A stretch of 64,000 nucleotides of DNA, taken from positions 121,334,001 through 121,398,000 of the forward strand of contig NC_043001.1 of the NCBI RefSeq assembly GCF_006345805.1, written 5' to 3'. Both the position numbers and the translations under genes were made by a program. Below, piece after piece: positions 12,713-24,496 of the stretch. The notes beneath the pieces were generated by a model, which was given only the letters and a program-made list of their open reading frames with translations, made no database searches and was not told where the DNA came from. This DNA is from Octopus sinensis (taxonomy: Eukaryota). Positions within the stretch are counted from its first letter, which is position 1. Every line of letters begins with the position of its first letter.

Positions 12713-15016
12713 CTGAAGCAGGAAACAATATTGGTTAGATTGACATAGTGTGAATTGCGATAACATATTCAATATTGTTCTTTATGAAAAGGGACAAAAT
12801 TATAGGAAAATAATACGAGAAGAAGAGGAACAGGAAAGAGATTGAGGAGAAGAAGAAGAAGAAGAAGAAGGAGAGTAGGGGAAGGGGAAAAGGAGAAGGA
12901 GGAGAAGTAGAAGAAGTAGAAGTAGGAGAGGAAGAAAAAGAAGAAGAAAAAAAAGGAGGATAAGGTGTGGGAGGGGAAAGGAAGAATTACAAGAAGAAGG
13001 AGAAGGAGGAGGAGGCAAGCGGTGGAGGAGGATGATGAAGTGGAAGAAGAAGTTAGAGAAAAAGAAAAAAAAAGAAGAAAAAGAAGGAGAAGAATAACAA
13101 AATGAAAATATGAAGAAGAAAGAGTGGGAAGGGGAGAAGTAGATGAAGAAGTAGAAAGTAGAAGAAGAAGAAGAAAAAATGAAGTAGAAAAAAGAGAAGT
13201 TGAAGAAAAAGTAAAATAAGGAGGAAGATGAGGAGGAGAAGTAGAAGAAGAAGAAGAAGAAGTAGTAGGAAAAGAAGACGAAGAAGAAAGAAGGAGGAGG
13301 AGGAGGAGGAAAAGTAGAAGAAGAAGTAGAAAAAGAAAGAAGAAGAAAAAAGACGAAGAAGAAGAAGAGGAAGAGGAGGAAAAAGGAGTAGGAGGATGAA
13401 GGCGAAGAAGAAGAGAAAGGAGGAGGAGGAGAAGAATTTGAAGTAGTAGAAGACGAAGAAAAAAAGAAAGTGGTAGAAAGAGAAGAAGAAAGGTAAAAGA
13501 TGGAGGAAGACGGGGAAGAGAAGTAGAAGAAGAAGACGAAGAAGGAGAAGAAGAAGAAGAATTAGAAGAAGAAAAAGAAAAAGGAGCAAGAGGGGAGAGT
13601 GGGAGGAGGTGGACGAGAATTACAAGAAGAAAAAGGAGGGGGATGGTGGGAGGAGGAAGTGAATTACAAGAAGTAAATGTAGATGAGGAAGAAGAAGAGA
13701 ATAAAATTTAAAGAAGAAAAGAAAGAGGACGAGGTTGAGAATGAGAAGAAGAAGAATAGTTTAAAAGAAGGAGAAGAAGAAGAAAATGAAGAAGAAGAAG
13801 AGAAGAAAAAGAAGGAGGAGGATGAGCAGGAGGTGAGGCGGAGGAAGAAGAAGAAGAAGAAGAAGAAGAAGAAGAAGAAGAAGAAGAAGAAGAAGAAGAA
13901 GAAGAAGAAGACGACGACGAAGAAGAAGAAGAAGAAAAAGAAGAAGAAGAAGACGAAGAAGAAAAAGAAAGGAAGGAGAAGAAGAAGAAGAAGAAAAAGA
14001 AAAAGAAGAAGAAGAAAGAAGTTTTATTGAAAATCATGGTGTTGAAGACGAAACTGAAAATATTCTCAAAACATCAGGAAATAATTCAAGGATAGAGCGA
14101 AAAATTTTGGGCGAGAAGACATGGCTGAAAAATCAGGGAATATATGAAATCAGAAATCAACATATTCAAATGCACTCATTCGCATTCTTATATTCATAGT
14201 ATCAACGACGGAATGCGCTATGCACACTCACATCACACATATTCCCACTCACCTTTGTGGAAACATGGTGAGAGAGATTATTTATTTAATATCGCTTCAT
14301 TGTCACAAGAATATTAGAAAACACACGTTTACAAGAAATATATCAGCAGTTTAATTGTATCAGGCCAAATATCCCAGCTTACAACTACAATAAGTATTTC
14401 AGGTTTACAGATAGAATGTATGTGACTATATTATTCGAATATATATTTTCCGCTTCCACTTCAGTTGCTCTATTACATAAATAACGTGAAGTGAATGACA
14501 AAATTCGAAGTTGAATGATAATATCAAAACACGAAGGAGAATATTGAATTAGGAAATGGAGGAGGATGCAAAATATAAAATAAAGGAATAATATATTCAC
14601 ATTCACACAGAACTACACTTATATATGAACCATACACATATACTTCAGCTAAAAATATTTGATGCAAAACATGTAAATAAACAAAACGTTACCATTTCTA
14701 ATACAGATTCATAAAAAAGTCATTGAAATTTGGGGAACAAAAATGAGTTATTGAGATGCGAATTGAATCAAAGCAACTACAATAAAGGAACCTTATATTT
14801 TTCCTATTATTTCACTTTCTCTCTCAAATTCTCTCTCTTTCTTTCACATTGTCTCGCTCTCTTCTATTCTCTTTGTATCTTCCTAAATCTTGTTCATTCT
14901 ACAAATTTGAATTGATTTTGTTTGGCGCAGTCTGAAATTTTATACATTTGTGAGCTTATATATCAGCATCAAAGATTACTTTCGGAAAATAGTATCAAGA
15001 AATTAAACGAACTTAC

Positions 15017-15088
15017 AATTCTTTTAAATTTGAAAGCCCCGTGAACGCACCTTCTTTGATGGTTGCAATGTTGTTGGAACCAAGATAT
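15017..15088 (-). CDS. LRR exon A1 (72 nt, phase 2-2): (L)YLGSNNIATIKEGAFTGLSNLKEL
   Basis: Acceptor tctttctttactgctatag, donor gtaagt, exactly 72 nt, no stop. Matches the typical 24-residue LRR consensus. Confidence 0.93.
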
Positions 15089-15849
15089 CTATAGCAGTAA
15101 AGAAAGAGTAAAATAGATTATATGTAAAATATTTGTGATACGATATCAAACACTGTGACTTCAGAATGAAAGGAAGAAAAAGAAGAAAGATAACGAAGAA
15201 CAAAAAGAAGAAATAGAAGAAGAAAAAGAAGAAGGAGAATTGGGGAGGAGGTGAAGAAGAAGAGGAAGAATAAGAATAAGAAGAAGACGAAGGAGAAGAC
15301 GAAGAAGAAGAAGAAGAAGAAGAAGAAGACGAAGAAGAAGAAGAAGAAGAAGAAGAGAGAAGAAAAATAAGAAGAAGAAAAAAAAGAAGACGAAGAGGAA
15401 GAAGTAGAAGACGAAAGAGAGTGAGGAGGAGGTGGAGGAGGCGGAGGGGGATGAGAGGTGTGGAGGTTAGGAGGAGAACAAAGGAAGGAATGACTGAGGA
15501 GGGGCAGCTTGGGGTAGCTGCAGAAGGAGCAGGAAGAGCAGGAGGATGAGTATAAGAGGAAGAATTGGCAGAGAATGGAAGAGAGGGAGACCAGTGACGA
15601 AGTAGAAAGTACAGAGAAGAAAAAGAAGAAGATAAAGAAGAAGAAGAAGAAGAAGAAGAAGAAGAAGAAGAAGAAAGAAGCAGGAGGAGAGAATGTCTTA
15701 ATGTGGCAGCCGTTTCGTGTTTATTTCCTACTTGACTTGCACAACCTCGAGTATCCGCTTCGCGTCTCAATGTACCAACACACACATCCACACACATACA
15801 CGCACATGTATGCATATATACGCACATACACACATATGTATATCTACCT

Positions 15850-16620
15850 CTGGGTTCGAGAATGTGTGCGAACCTCGTCCCGGTAGTGGTGTCCTTTTTA
15901 CCTGTCGATATAGTTTATTATCGAATCTAAAGGTGTTGTCTTCTAGTTCCCGGCGTGTGTCTTTGGAAATGCGTTTTGAAGCGTTCGTCCATCCGTCCGC
16001 TATGTTTTTCTACCCAGTGTTTGATTGCTTCCAGGCCCAAAGTGTGATGTATTAGTATAAAGATTAGTCAAATCTTTTAAATATAGTACGTTCTGGGACA
16101 GTGGGTGGAATGTGTTTGAGGAAATCCTTATCGTCTCGGGTATAGCTGGCCATTAATGGGCATAACGGTTTGAGGAGTATATCCAAAAGATGGCTCAGTT
16201 GTTGTGTTGGGGCTCAAGGTCCAGCAACTGTTGGTCTCAATTTGATGTCAGTAGGTCTTAGTATTTTTATATGCTGATCCTTGCATTTTGGAGCATTCGT
16301 GGATCTTGGGTGATCCATAGAAATTACTCTCTTTCATTACAGAGCTGCATAAATAATCTTTCTCTTTATCTGTGAACGAACGTTGGTATTCATTTATCAG
16401 ACTTTTGAGTGTATTCATTATTACTTTTTCCGGGTGTCTTGGTTCTTCCTTGTAGCAGGATTGGTCTGTTTCCAATATTTTATCTTTATAGTAGTTTTGG
16501 TCCGTGAATGCTTTCACCCTTCCCCAATCGGTTTCTTTTAGGATGATTGAATTGTCATTCTTCAGTTTGTAAGCTTCCTTTTCTTCTTCATGAAGGTTCT
16601 GTTTGCATTTACGGATATTT
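15850..16620 (-). mobile_element. Penelope-like element RT fragment (degenerate), in intron of the LRR gene
   Basis: Minus strand gives NFYGSPKIH, then LRPTVAGP..LSHLLDILLKPL..SYTRDDKDFL and LEDNTFRFDNKLYRQVK, typical of the N-terminal half of PLE RT. Multiple stops and frameshifts. Confidence 0.8.
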
Positions 16621-18289
16621 TATTATATAAGATATAAAACAGATTTAAGTCACTACGTAAAGTGTGAATGAAAACACACATGCATGTAAAATATGAGAAA
16701 AGAATGGATGTTCAAAATATTTGTGATTTGAATTAGATTTACAAAGCCTTCGTTGCAACATCAGTATTCAGTGGAAGATATTTTTATCATCTCAGAAGTC
16801 AGCTTTATTTATAAATATCTTGTTTCTGTCCAATGAGCATTCTATTTGTTATTACACTTTGCTGTAAAAAGTAATTTATCTTTGCAAAAGTAAACTCCTT
16901 TCCTTTGCATAATTGATGCATAAAAGTTCTTCACAAAAATAAACCCCCAAAACTTCAAGACTGAAATAATAGACTAGGAAGGAAAACATAACAGAAATAG
17001 AAAGGGATTTATTAATAGAACTGGTGAAGGTAGAGTGGGGAAACCCTGATATAATTTTGAGTCATGTGCTACAAAGGAGAACAACCTTACATGGTGATTT
17101 AACTGGCTTAGGGTGTTATTTAAAAAAGGGATGTGATTACATACATTGCCTTAGTTTTTTCGTCTTTTTTTAGTCCTTTGCTTCTTTTTCTTGCTGTATT
17201 AAACCTCAGTTTGTTCCCATTATTAACTACCTATGCTAAATCCTTCATCCCCTAAGTAGCATCCCTCTTCATTATTCCTGTAAAGGTTGACCTGCAACAG
17301 CTCAAACGGAATATTAATGATATCTGCCTCACAAGTATTGGAGATCTTGCAGGAGTTATAAAACGTGTCTGATCCTTTTTTCAAAATCGGTAAAATAAAA
17401 AGTGTGGGATTTTAACTCAGATCACAAAGAACTGGACAATATACTGCAAGGTGTCATATTCGACGTCGTCATAGTTGCATTTGTTCATTGAACTGTTATA
17501 AGTTTTTATTGATCTCAGAAATGAATGACGCAAGGTTGACCTTGGCGGGACTTGAAGTCAGATTGCCGTGTGTCAGAACGCAATGTATTCTGCTAGACGG
17601 TCAAATGATTTGTGCCAAACCTCGCTCAAGTTATGAACGATGAAAATATCTAACTTATTAAACAGAACTTCAACTTTACTATTCAACATCTTGAGTTATA
17701 CGAGATTAGGAATTCCATTATTGAAACTTTTCTCCTTTATTTGTCAAAACGTTCCAAATGTTTTGAGAAATAGATCTGATCGAATGAATTGATCCACTTT
17801 AGTATTAGAATATTTGATTAAAACTGAAAGTTTAAGGTGATTAATGCAATGATGCAAGCCAATTAACTGGAAATAATCACCTGGAAGAGCAATGTGTTGC
17901 AACAGAGTATTTGTTATGATTGATGTATCAAATAATTAGTCTTTTTTATTCTATTCCATTTCTTGAGACGTTAAATTTTAATAATTTACTTAAAAATTAC
18001 GTAAGTTTTCAGGTGAACGGGGATACATCAATCAGCCGAAACTTCAATTAAGCTTGCATAATTTTGTAATAAGGTTTATTGTGTTCATGATAGGGTAAAT
18101 TTTACTGATGACATTCTATCAAAAATAAATTCCTCAAACTTTGTTCAAACAACACTATTTTGATTTCTTCACTTAGGTATTTTTAGAATTTGGTAATTTA
18201 AGCGGATCTCGTCATTATCTGCTGTTTAATCCATCTGTTTCATTTTTAATTATAAAAATAATAATTTCTTCTATAGGAACAAACCTGAA

Positions 18290-18475
18290 ATTTTGGGAAA
18301 GGGACAAGTCCTTTACATTGATTTCAGAGATTAATTGCTATTTATTTTACCGACTCCAAAAGAATGAAAAGCAAAGTCAACCTCGACAGAATTTAAAATC
18401 GAAACGTAAAGACGAACGAAATACCGCTTAACATTTTGTCTGGCGTGCACAACGATTCTGATAGCTCGGTGCATA
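18290..18475 (-). mobile_element. tRNA-derived SINE (family B). Further copies at about 760-930, 17395-17600, 30130-30240, 30465-30680, 30695-30780 and 39330-39545
   Basis: Recurrent head with A-box-like tggcag..gttagc and B-box gagttcaaattcc, followed by gaggtcgactttgcctttcatcc. Confidence 0.75.
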
Positions 18476-18930
18476 TTCTATTATAAAATTAACACAAACA
18501 ATAATTAACAATTATTCTGTGACACGATCAACTGATATTATATCATATTACTGTAATAATAAGCAACAATTCAACTAATTAATGATATAATATAACTATG
18601 TGGAATACACGTTTTCTTAGCACTAAAGTTTTTACACTGTCCGTTCATTGAATATACCGTAAGATTTGATAAGTTCAGACAAATGACATCAAAGTCAGAT
18701 ACAAGTCATATCCAATCTCTGTGTATGCGATGTTATATATTATAAATTCAATATGGTAGGAAACAGTTTATTTGACTTCACAACAGGTAACATATCGATT
18801 TGTTTTACTCTAACATAAGATTGTGCTTAAAGCTGTGAGATAAACAGCATAAGCGATTAGCTGAGAACATAATCAATGAGAATTTAAAATATTGGATGTG
18901 GAAAATATGTAGAAAGTGTCAAATACTTAC

Positions 18931-19121
18931 AAATATTCAACATTCGTCGGAATTGGTTGTGGAATCGATGGTAAATTGCGATGTGCACAATTTATATTTG
19001 TTGTAAGTGAATTGCAAGTACATATCTTGCATATATCTGAATCAGCTTGAGTCTCCAAAAACAATATCGTACACAGTATCAACACAAGAGACCGTCTATA
19101 TGATACTACGTGGTGAAACAT
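18931..19121 (-). CDS. First coding exon of a secreted or membrane LRR protein: signal peptide + LRRNT cap (MFHHVVSYRRSLVLILCTILFLETQADSDICKICTCNSLTTNINCAHRNLPSIPQPIPTNVEYL)
   Basis: ATG at 19121-19119. Hydrophobic N-terminus followed by the C-x2-C-x-C-x8-C-x4-L-x2-IP LRRNT pattern. Acceptor (polypyrimidine tract + CAG) just above 19141. The exon ends TT|GTAAGT at 18931, a phase-2 donor matching the downstream LRR exons. Confidence 0.92.
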
Positions 19122-19669
19122 ATTGCCAGGCGTAGATTTATCTGTAAAAGAAGAAAATAGGAAATGTCAGAGATTTCAATGTTATTAACTTCAAATTGCA
19201 GATTCTCCGAAGGAACTAAAATTCACCCCTGTTCCACATGACAAACATATTTTTGTTTTCGTGATTGGATATTTAAAGCTAAAAAATTAAATTTCGATAA
19301 ATTAGTGTGAAGAAATTTATAAAAATATTATAGCTTTAACGCGTAATAATATCAAAGAAAACACCAAACACACACACACAAACACAAACGCACTCCTACA
19401 TACATCTGTAACCATACTCGGGGGGGGGGTCTAATATATATACAAAACTAACGAACCATGAGCTTCGTGGACCCTAAATACGCAGTGGTTGTAAACCCAG
19501 TTGGGTCGTTAAATCCGATGGGACCCCACAAGCAACTGTACTGTACCGAGGGATTTTTCCTGTACCCCAGGTTTAGAAGCGTTCATACAAATTTTTCCTC
19601 AAATACACTTTCATCATTTCATTTTACTTAATTTTTTTAAATGAAAACAAAATAAAGCATGAACGTAAA

Positions 19670-20482
19670 TCTATGTATATAAAACTCAACTTGTGTGCCT
19701 GTCTGTGTATCTGTGTGTGTGTGTGTGTGTTTAACTTCCCGGGACATTTTCTCCTAGCCAACAAATCGTAGAACCACCAAACATGGGTCACTTAAAGTTT
19801 AGGCAAATGAAAATTGAACTGCGCTATTTCTGTTCCGAAATTCATATCGCAAGTGCAAAAATCGATAATGTGTTTGTTTAGGCCTTCTCCCATGCATTGA
19901 ATAGTGAACTTTACTCAGTCAGCTGTTTGACGTGAACAGTGTTCACCACGCGTGCAAGCATGCGTAAATTTCATGAAAAATAAAAAATCAAGATATAAAA
20001 ACGAATCGCCGTAAACATTGTAGAAATTCGGCAAAGAAATGAATTTTCGGGATGTAGCCAGGAGGGTTTTTTCGTATTAATCGTTTGAACTTTGTGAACT
20101 CATACCATTTGTTTTCATAAAATTTTTAACGCTTTGAATTAAATGTGACCATTTTGCGTTGCGTCTGCAGTTTGAATCACTTTAACCAAATCTTAGCAGG
20201 CCGGATTTTTGATCATCACGATACATCGCCAGCGACTCCCTGAAACTCTCCTCTGATGTCCCCTTTGAGAAATACTGATCTAAAAGAATAATTCAATTAT
20301 GCAATTATTTGATAAACAAAAATTTATGAAACGCTTCTTCGTACTTCCTATTGAGGAAATGGAACACATAAGCGCAAAAATAGAGGGCACTAAATGCTTG
20401 ATTTTAAAACCAAGTTTAGCTTAATTCGCGCGTGCATAGAACGCACGAGCGCACGAGCGCACGAGCCGGGCAATACTGCTAG
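19670..20482 (+). mobile_element. Non-autonomous Helitron (813 bp)
   Basis: Starts A|TC (tctatgtatataaaactcaac..gtgtg..ctgtctg). Ends with a GC-rich subterminal repeat followed by CTAG|T, at an AT target with no TSD. Confidence 0.7.
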
Positions 20483-20682
20483 TGAACAAATGGACCTACA
20501 TCAAACAAAGCAAATTTCTTTGGGGACATAAATAGACACAAGAAAATAAAGAAAGTGGAAAAGGAAACAACAACAACAAAAGAAACATTGACAGCAAAAC
20601 AAATTAAAAAGCTCTGAAAATTACATATACACTAATATCTATTTATCAAACAATTTATATATCTCTCTCCCCTTACACACAT

Positions 20683-20759
<77 letters not shown>

Positions 20760-20907
20760 AGAGAAGAGAGAGAATAATAAGGTATTCAAAACGTTGGATG
20801 ATTATATATTTTTTATGTATTTAAATTCTATTTACATTTTGGCGCTTGCTTCCATTATCGATAACTTTATATCTGTACATCACTTCAAACTCTCTCTCTC
20901 TCTCTCT

Positions 20908-20957
<50 letters not shown>

Positions 20958-21059
20958 GGGGGGGGTGTATGTATGTATGTATGTATGTATTGATAGATCG
21001 CTAGCACTACACATTCTTTCTTCTCTCCTTGTTTCTCTCCCTGTTTCTTTCCGTGTTCC

Positions 21060-21185
21060 TTTCTGTGGAAGAGCCTAGACTCGAAACGTTAAAAACTTTT
21101 TCGCTTCCCGAGCATTATACTAATACATCAGTTTGTTTTCTACATCACCTGTCTTCGTCTTTTTTTTCTGAATTCTCCTGTATAT

Positions 21186-21228
<43 letters not shown>

Positions 21229-21345
21229 TATTTCTAATTTTGTTGTTTTGATTAACATGAACATGGCCTCCCTTAACATTCAAGAACTTACTGCAACTGA
21301 CCAACTCACATCAACACCGTCACAACATCATCTCACTTCATATCA

Positions 21346-21376
<31 letters not shown>

Positions 21377-21400
21377 TTATTATCATCATTATATATATAT
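21060..21400 (+). mobile_element. Probable Penelope pLTR fragment with a degenerate hammerhead-like motif at about 21060-21095
   Basis: ttt CTGTGGA a GAG cctaga CTC GAAA CG TT aaa resembles a minimal type I hammerhead, but core A6 is mutated. Confidence 0.45.
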
Positions 21401-21441
21401 TTTAATTTTATTATTATTATTATCATTATTATTTTTAATAC

Positions 21442-21492
<51 letters not shown>

Positions 21493-21509
21493 TATTATAA
21501 TTATTATTG

Positions 21510-21740
21510 CGTGAGAGAGCAGTGCATCCCATCAAAGTGACACTGGGGTAAAATATACGAAACCCAGTATACACATCATGACTACCCGTCTGATAAGGGT
21601 ACACCAGGCACATGCATCAAAACCATATGTGCGCAACATGGTGATCTCATATCAAAATAAACAGCACATGACCTTGCAGGTGGGGCCCAGTTAGAATTTT
21701 CTTCTGTTCGAGTATCCCATCCCGCTCAAAAGGTCGTGAG
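21510..21740 (-). mobile_element. Short copy of the TAA-associated 3'-UTR-type retroelement also seen at 34735-35270
   Basis: Near-identical to about 34735-34965 and abuts an (ATT)n/(ATC)n tract. Confidence 0.75.
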
Positions 21741-21949
21741 TCAAGTTGTCTGATCTTTTGGCTATATATTTTTTGTTTATTCATATCATTTATCTAATTT
21801 TAATCTAATTATTTTATTATTACAAAAATTAATTCATTAAATTAATTTCATTCTTTTTTACTACTTATTTTATTCTAATTATCTTTATTTAGTTATTTTT
21901 ATTTGTAGAACCTAATTTAAGGGTTTATACACCTGTCATATCAATTATC

Positions 21950-24480
21950 AATATATAGTGCCCCAAATCGAATAACAAAGGACCAAAATTTGACGTTCGT
22001 TCATTTCAAGATTTCTGGAGCACTGAGTATGGATTTGTACAGCAAAATCATCGAGTTGTGTGTGCGTTCTGCTGTGAATTTGTCGTATGTCGTACATCAA
22101 GTGTACAAAGACACTATCAAACTAGACACCAGACTATGTCTAAAAACGCTGATGAAAAAATGCAAATCATAAAAAGGGCTATTTCTAGTTACAAATAAAG
22201 CACTTCTGTTTTTGTTCAAATGCTTGGAACCAACAATGAAGCCAAATAATGTAGTTAGACAATTGCTCAATGTAGAGCTGAGAAAGGTAAACCTTTTACA
22301 GCCGGAGAATTTATCAAAAAAACTTTTCTGAGAATTGCTAAAATTTTTTTAAGTAATTAAACAAACGCTGAAAAAATACTGTCTCGAATTCAAGAAATAC
22401 GAACTTCTGCATGATCAGTTGAGAGACGTATAACTGATATAGCTGAAAACATAATTATAACACAGAAAGTTGGATTACAAAATGCTGCTGCATTCAGTGA
22501 CCCTTATCGATGAAAGTACTGACGTGAATGACATGGCGCACCTAGCAATTGTTGCAAGATACTGTGACAATGATCGTATTTACGAAGAATCATGTTGTTT
22601 GATTATTCCTCTTACCAATACATCTACAGGACAGGACATTCTGACTGCATTTCTAAATTATTTCGAAAATCAAGCCATTAATATAAATAAAATGTTTTGT
22701 ATTACTACTGGTGGTGCACGTGCAATGGGTGGAAAGAAAAAAAAGATTTATTAAGCGTCTTGAAAATCATATTTCACGCAGTGTAATGTGTTTTAATTGC
22801 ATTGTACATCAGGAAAATTTAGTTGCAAAACTTTCGTCACAAAGCTTGAGTTCTGTCGTGGAAACTGTTGTTAAAATAGTTATCTTCATGGTTTCTCGCT
22901 CTTCACTGACTCACAGACAATTTAAGTCTCTTCTGAAAGAACTGGACAGCGAATATGCAGACTTCCCACTTCACAGTAAAGTCCTGCAGCGTAGACTCGG
23001 TTGAAATTCCTCTCTCCCATTTATTATATATACGTGCATTCGAGCGTAGCAGGGAACAGCTAGCCTTTTGCCGCTATTTGGATCCCGTTCTGTCCACTAC
23101 TCTGATTAGTTGGTATTGGCGCAATTTGTCGCGCCAAACTGCCGCGTATAACCAGTCGGAGTTAGCCTGTTCACTACCCCGTTTTGGCCTACTTCTCCTT
23201 ATAAACGCTCCGCCTTTACTCATTTCGTCTTTTGGTTCCAGACCTTTGAAGGTCTAGCCACTGACCACAAAGACACAGCCAGTTCCAGAGACTTACCAAC
23301 TTTGTCCAACAGCATTCCAACAACCTCCATCTTCGTCGCTATCACCATGTCCTTAACGTCTTCAACATCATCTCTCTATGTACACAGCTCTGCAAGCGAT
23401 GCACCCAGGTTCCAACACTTCACTGTTCATGAATTACTTCATCATGGGTCAACAACAAATATACAACCAGTATGAACTCCTGTACAAGTTACCCAGGCAG
23501 CAGCATCACAGCCACGACATCACGTTCAACATGTACCTGTAACTGTCTCCTACATCTATGAAGCCACACGCATGCATTGTTCTCATGACGGCCTGTCTAT
23601 CGTTCAGTATACATGATGCACACACAGACACATCTGTTAACATATCAATAAATCGTCTTTTAATCATTCTACGCGGTTGTCTCCTTTATCCATCTGGCAA
23701 ATAGATGGTACTATCAATTTTCTCTTTATTGTGAGGGCTGTGTGATGTGGTACTAAAGAGCCATTCTTGTCACCTCGCATCGCACGGTCCTTACAGTCCG
23801 TTGGCTTTCTCGGGTAATGTTTTGAACAGATTTGTATCATGCTTAGAAGAATATTTCTTGAAAGGAAACAGTCGCCAGAATTGAACAACGAAGACGGGTT
23901 ATTTAAAATGATGCTTCTAAGTGACAGGTACTTGAATGATTAAAATTTGCATTTACAAGAGAGAGGTCAAAATGTACTTGATGTTTTTGAATATTGGAAA
24001 GGATTTTAGTTAAAATTAGATTTTTTTTGGCGTGATACACTTAGCAATACATAAAAATACTTTCCAAATGTAAAAGCATATTCAAATCGATTTAATATTT
24101 AATAAAAAATGAGCTTCAAAAATATATTGCAACGTTGAAAGAAGAATTTTCCAAGTAAGATAAATATTTCGAAACAGATGCTCCTATATTTTCATTTCTC
24201 ATCAAACCCGACTTTGAGGGATTTGAAAACGAACTCATTTCATCTCTCACATTTTGGTTAAAAAACAAATATACAGGGTAGTTTTGAAGTGGAAATGATT
24301 GAATTAACCACTTCAGAATTATGGGGAAAAATTTATGGAATTACTAAAATCTCTTGAAGGAGGCAGCATAGAGAAGTCAGTTGCCATCTTCAATCGCTGG
24401 GAGACGTTGCCTGAAAGATTCAATTCTTTGAAGAAAATCGCCTCAGCTCTGCTTTCAGCCCAACATATACAGGATTACCC
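21950..24480 (+). mobile_element. Decayed hAT (Buster/SPIN/GTF2IRD2-like) transposase, interrupted by a solo LTR
   Basis: LIDESTDVND.AHLAI, CITTGGARAM, FNCIVHQENL and PLHSKV|RWLSRGNVLNRF motifs, with frameshifts and stops. Confidence 0.88.
22985..23795 (+). mobile_element. Solo LTR (811 bp), probably Ty3/Gypsy-type
   Basis: TG...CA termini and a 4-bp TSD GTCC (22981-22984, 23796-23799). Removing it restores the hAT codons GTC CGT TGG. TATAAA near 23200 and AATAAA near 23647. Confidence 0.85.
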
Positions 24481-24496
24481 CAAAACAACAGAACCC

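Larger units (their letters stand above)
7541..15690. repeat. Tandem duplication array of about 2.5 units, each carrying exon A, exon B and two purine-rich tracts
   Basis: Block U recurs at about 7541-8520, 10310-11430 and 14030-15170. Block V recurs at about 9270-9790 and 12270-12790. Spacings are A3-A2 2909 bp, A2-A1 3737 bp and B2-B1 3008 bp. Confidence 0.92.
8520..15690. repeat. Five long GAA/GGA purine-rich low-complexity tracts (about 8520-9270, 9790-10310, 11430-12270, 12790-14030, 15170-15690)
   Basis: Directly visible, including a near-pure (GAA)n run at about 13843-13908. These tracts generate the F/S/L-rich and K/R/E-rich pseudo-ORFs in the track. Confidence 0.95.

Noticed and set aside
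8515-15886. Long F/S/L-rich and K/R/E-rich ORFs (up to 303 aa)
   Set aside because: Translations of GAA/TTC low-complexity introns; stop-free by composition, not conserved in frame between copies.
17091-17163. Candidate extra exon ending at a gtaagg donor
   Set aside because: 73 nt to the nearest AG, stops in the relevant frame, no LRR pattern.
17690-17790. LRR-like words on the minus strand (IKEKSFNNGIPNL)
   Set aside because: In-frame stops, no 72-nt exon and no donor; at best a decayed exon, not supportable.
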